Source: an uncultured Acidobacteriota bacterium (GTDB lineage Bacteria > Acidobacteriota > Thermoanaerobaculia > Multivoradales > SZUA-115). Taken from it: 64,000 nt of DNA. Below, one piece after another: positions 62,641-64,000 of this stretch; the first letter of the stretch is position 1; each line of letters starts with the position of its first letter. The notes below the pieces were generated by a model. It had not been told where the DNA came from and did not search any database. It saw only the letters and a program-made list of their open reading frames with translations. The DNA is taken from contig CAWDVR010000002.1 of NCBI GenBank assembly GCA_963805975.1, forward strand, positions 776,543 to 840,542, in the 5' to 3' direction. The translations under genes and the position numbers were made by a program.

Positions 62641-63976
62641 CTACCCCACCGCCCCCTCCTGGCCGCGGGTCTCGACGCGGCGCAGGTAGGCCAGGAGCTC
62701 GGTGAGCATGGCGGCGGAGACAGCTTCGCGCCGCGCCGCCTCCTGAAAGAGGAGCAGTGCGGCGGTGGCCTCGCGGTGAACGTCCTGCGCCATGAAGATG
62801 GGCACCATCTCCTCGGCGAGCCGCTTCACTTCGGCGGTGCGGTCCTGGTGAACGTAGAGGAGAGCAAGGTCGAGGCCGGCTAGCGGCTGCGTCGAGCCCA
62901 ACCCTTCGCGCAGGAAGCCTTGCCGAACCTGGGGAAGAGACTTCGGCCGTCGCCCGTCGCCGAGTTCCGTATGCGACCTTTGCCCAGCAGCCACTGGCGG
63001 CGGAGCTGGGTCCAGAGGTCGGCGAACCGGTGTAGAGGGAGCCGTTGCGCTCGAGACGTTCGCCAGCCTCCAGTAGCCGTCCCGATTCGGCCAAGTACAT
63101 GGTGAGGTTGTGCTGCGCACAGAGATGGAGCTTGGGATTGACGCCTGGGTCGATGTGAGACAGCGCTGCCTCGACGGACGGGATCGCGCGAGCAGTCTCG
63201 CCGGCGTTGTACAAGACCCTGGCTCTTCTCGATCGAGCACCTTCGCGAGGCGCAGAGTGGAGCCGGATCCTCTCGTAGATGCCCTTCGCCATGTCGAGGT
63301 AGCCCTCGGCATCTACGAAGCGACGCTGGTCCACTCGCAGCGCGACCCGAACAATGTCCAGCAGCTCACCTTCGACCAGCGGGTCGGCATTACCTTCGCC
63401 GTCGAAGATCTCCAAGGCAAAGGCGAGCAGCGAATCCGCACGCTTCAGGTCTCCCGTGGCTCGGAGCGCATTGGCGCGATGGCCATGGGCCCGCGCCAGG
63501 CAGGTCATGGCCCAGGCGCGGCCGAACTCGGAGTGCGAGATGCGGAGCGCCACCTCGAAGGCGCACTCGGCGAGCTCGTAGGCCTCGAAAGGGTCTGCCG
63601 TGACCTTCCGGGCGCACTCGGTGAGGAAGAGGTCCACCAAGGCCGGGGTGCGGAAGCGGGTGAGAGCGCGGGTGATCTTGGGCCGGCGCTTCTCGGGCGG
63701 GAGCTTCATCAGCTCCTGGAGCTCGGCCGCGGCCTCCGCCTCGATCTCGCCCAGGCGCTCCACCCGGCGGCCGGCGAGCATGAGGGCGTGGTGGACGAGG
63801 CCGGTGGACGAGGAGGGTCCGCGGTACCTTCCTCCGACCCCGGCCGAGAGCTCGGCACGGCACGCGTCACAGATCTGCAGATGGTGCTCGATCAGGTCTT
63901 CGAGGACGGCCCTGGGCGGGTTCTGGCCGCCGAGCAACGCCAGGTACTCCTGGTAGCCGAGGTGCGAGCGTGCCAT
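62641..63976 (-). CDS. Zinc-finger (HHLQICDACRAEL) plus TPR/helical-repeat regulatory protein, apparently disrupted by one or two frameshifts around 62950-63080
   Basis: Frame starting at 63976 is protein-like for about 300 aa, then turns into Ser/Pro/Arg noise. A different frame becomes protein-like and TPR-like (…LDLALLYVHQDRTAEVKRLAEEMVPIFMAQDVHREATAALLLFQEAARRE…) down to the stop at 62641. Confidence 0.5.
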
Positions 63977-64000
63977 GGACCTCCCCTGAGACCCGAGCCG

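Overview
This window is a high-GC (about 68-70%) bacterial chromosomal segment, probably Acidobacteriota-like given the carboxypeptidase-regulatory-domain TonB receptors, many TPR proteins and sigma-54 circuitry. It is densely coded, with about 55 protein genes, almost all called by reading translations directly. The six-frame ORF track contains many long spurious ORFs of Arg/Pro/Gly-rich antisense, which I ignored where a protein-like frame exists.

Layout, left to right:
1. A minus-strand module: HlyD adaptor, two ABC ATPases, an NtrC-type sigma-54 response regulator, a histidine kinase and a TonB-dependent receptor (1-7.8 kb). It carries two candidate sigma-54 promoters.
2. A minus-strand copper-resistance cluster (8-14.8 kb): ArsR/SmtB regulator, CopA P1B-ATPase, TolC-like outer-membrane protein, multicopper oxidase, tandem-YHS periplasmic protein and a small Cys-rich secreted ORF.
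3. A VapBC-type toxin-antitoxin pair with a palindromic operator (14.8-15.5 kb).
4. An ACE-like M2 peptidase, an aminotransferase, a periplasmic thioredoxin plus DsbD, RarA, a DUF4143-type ATPase behind a 43-bp perfect palindrome, an isocitrate-DH-family gene, a secreted hypothetical and a 1028-aa TPR protein.
5. The conserved rpsP-khpA-rimM-trmD-rplS-rnhB operon and ffh, with a NAD-type formate dehydrogenase operon inserted between them. Its catalytic subunit contains an in-frame UGA (selenocysteine) followed by a SECIS-like hairpin, and the FdsA polypeptide is split and permuted.
6. Degraded or frameshifted genes (NTase remnant, ScyD-like beta-propeller, zf/TPR regulator).
7. A tightly coupled plus-strand operon: AAA ATPase, membrane protein, TPR/TM protein, pyruvate kinase, rhomboid, and a metallophosphoesterase with an inserted DUF1080-like domain.
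8. An MMPL transporter, pgsA, a lytic transglycosylase and alaS.
9. A lipoprotein, a signal-peptide-bearing 12-Cys mini-protein, a beta-lactamase-fold hydrolase, an OprO/P-type porin and an AEC transporter.

No rRNA, tRNA, CRISPR array, transposase or integrase was recognised by eye.
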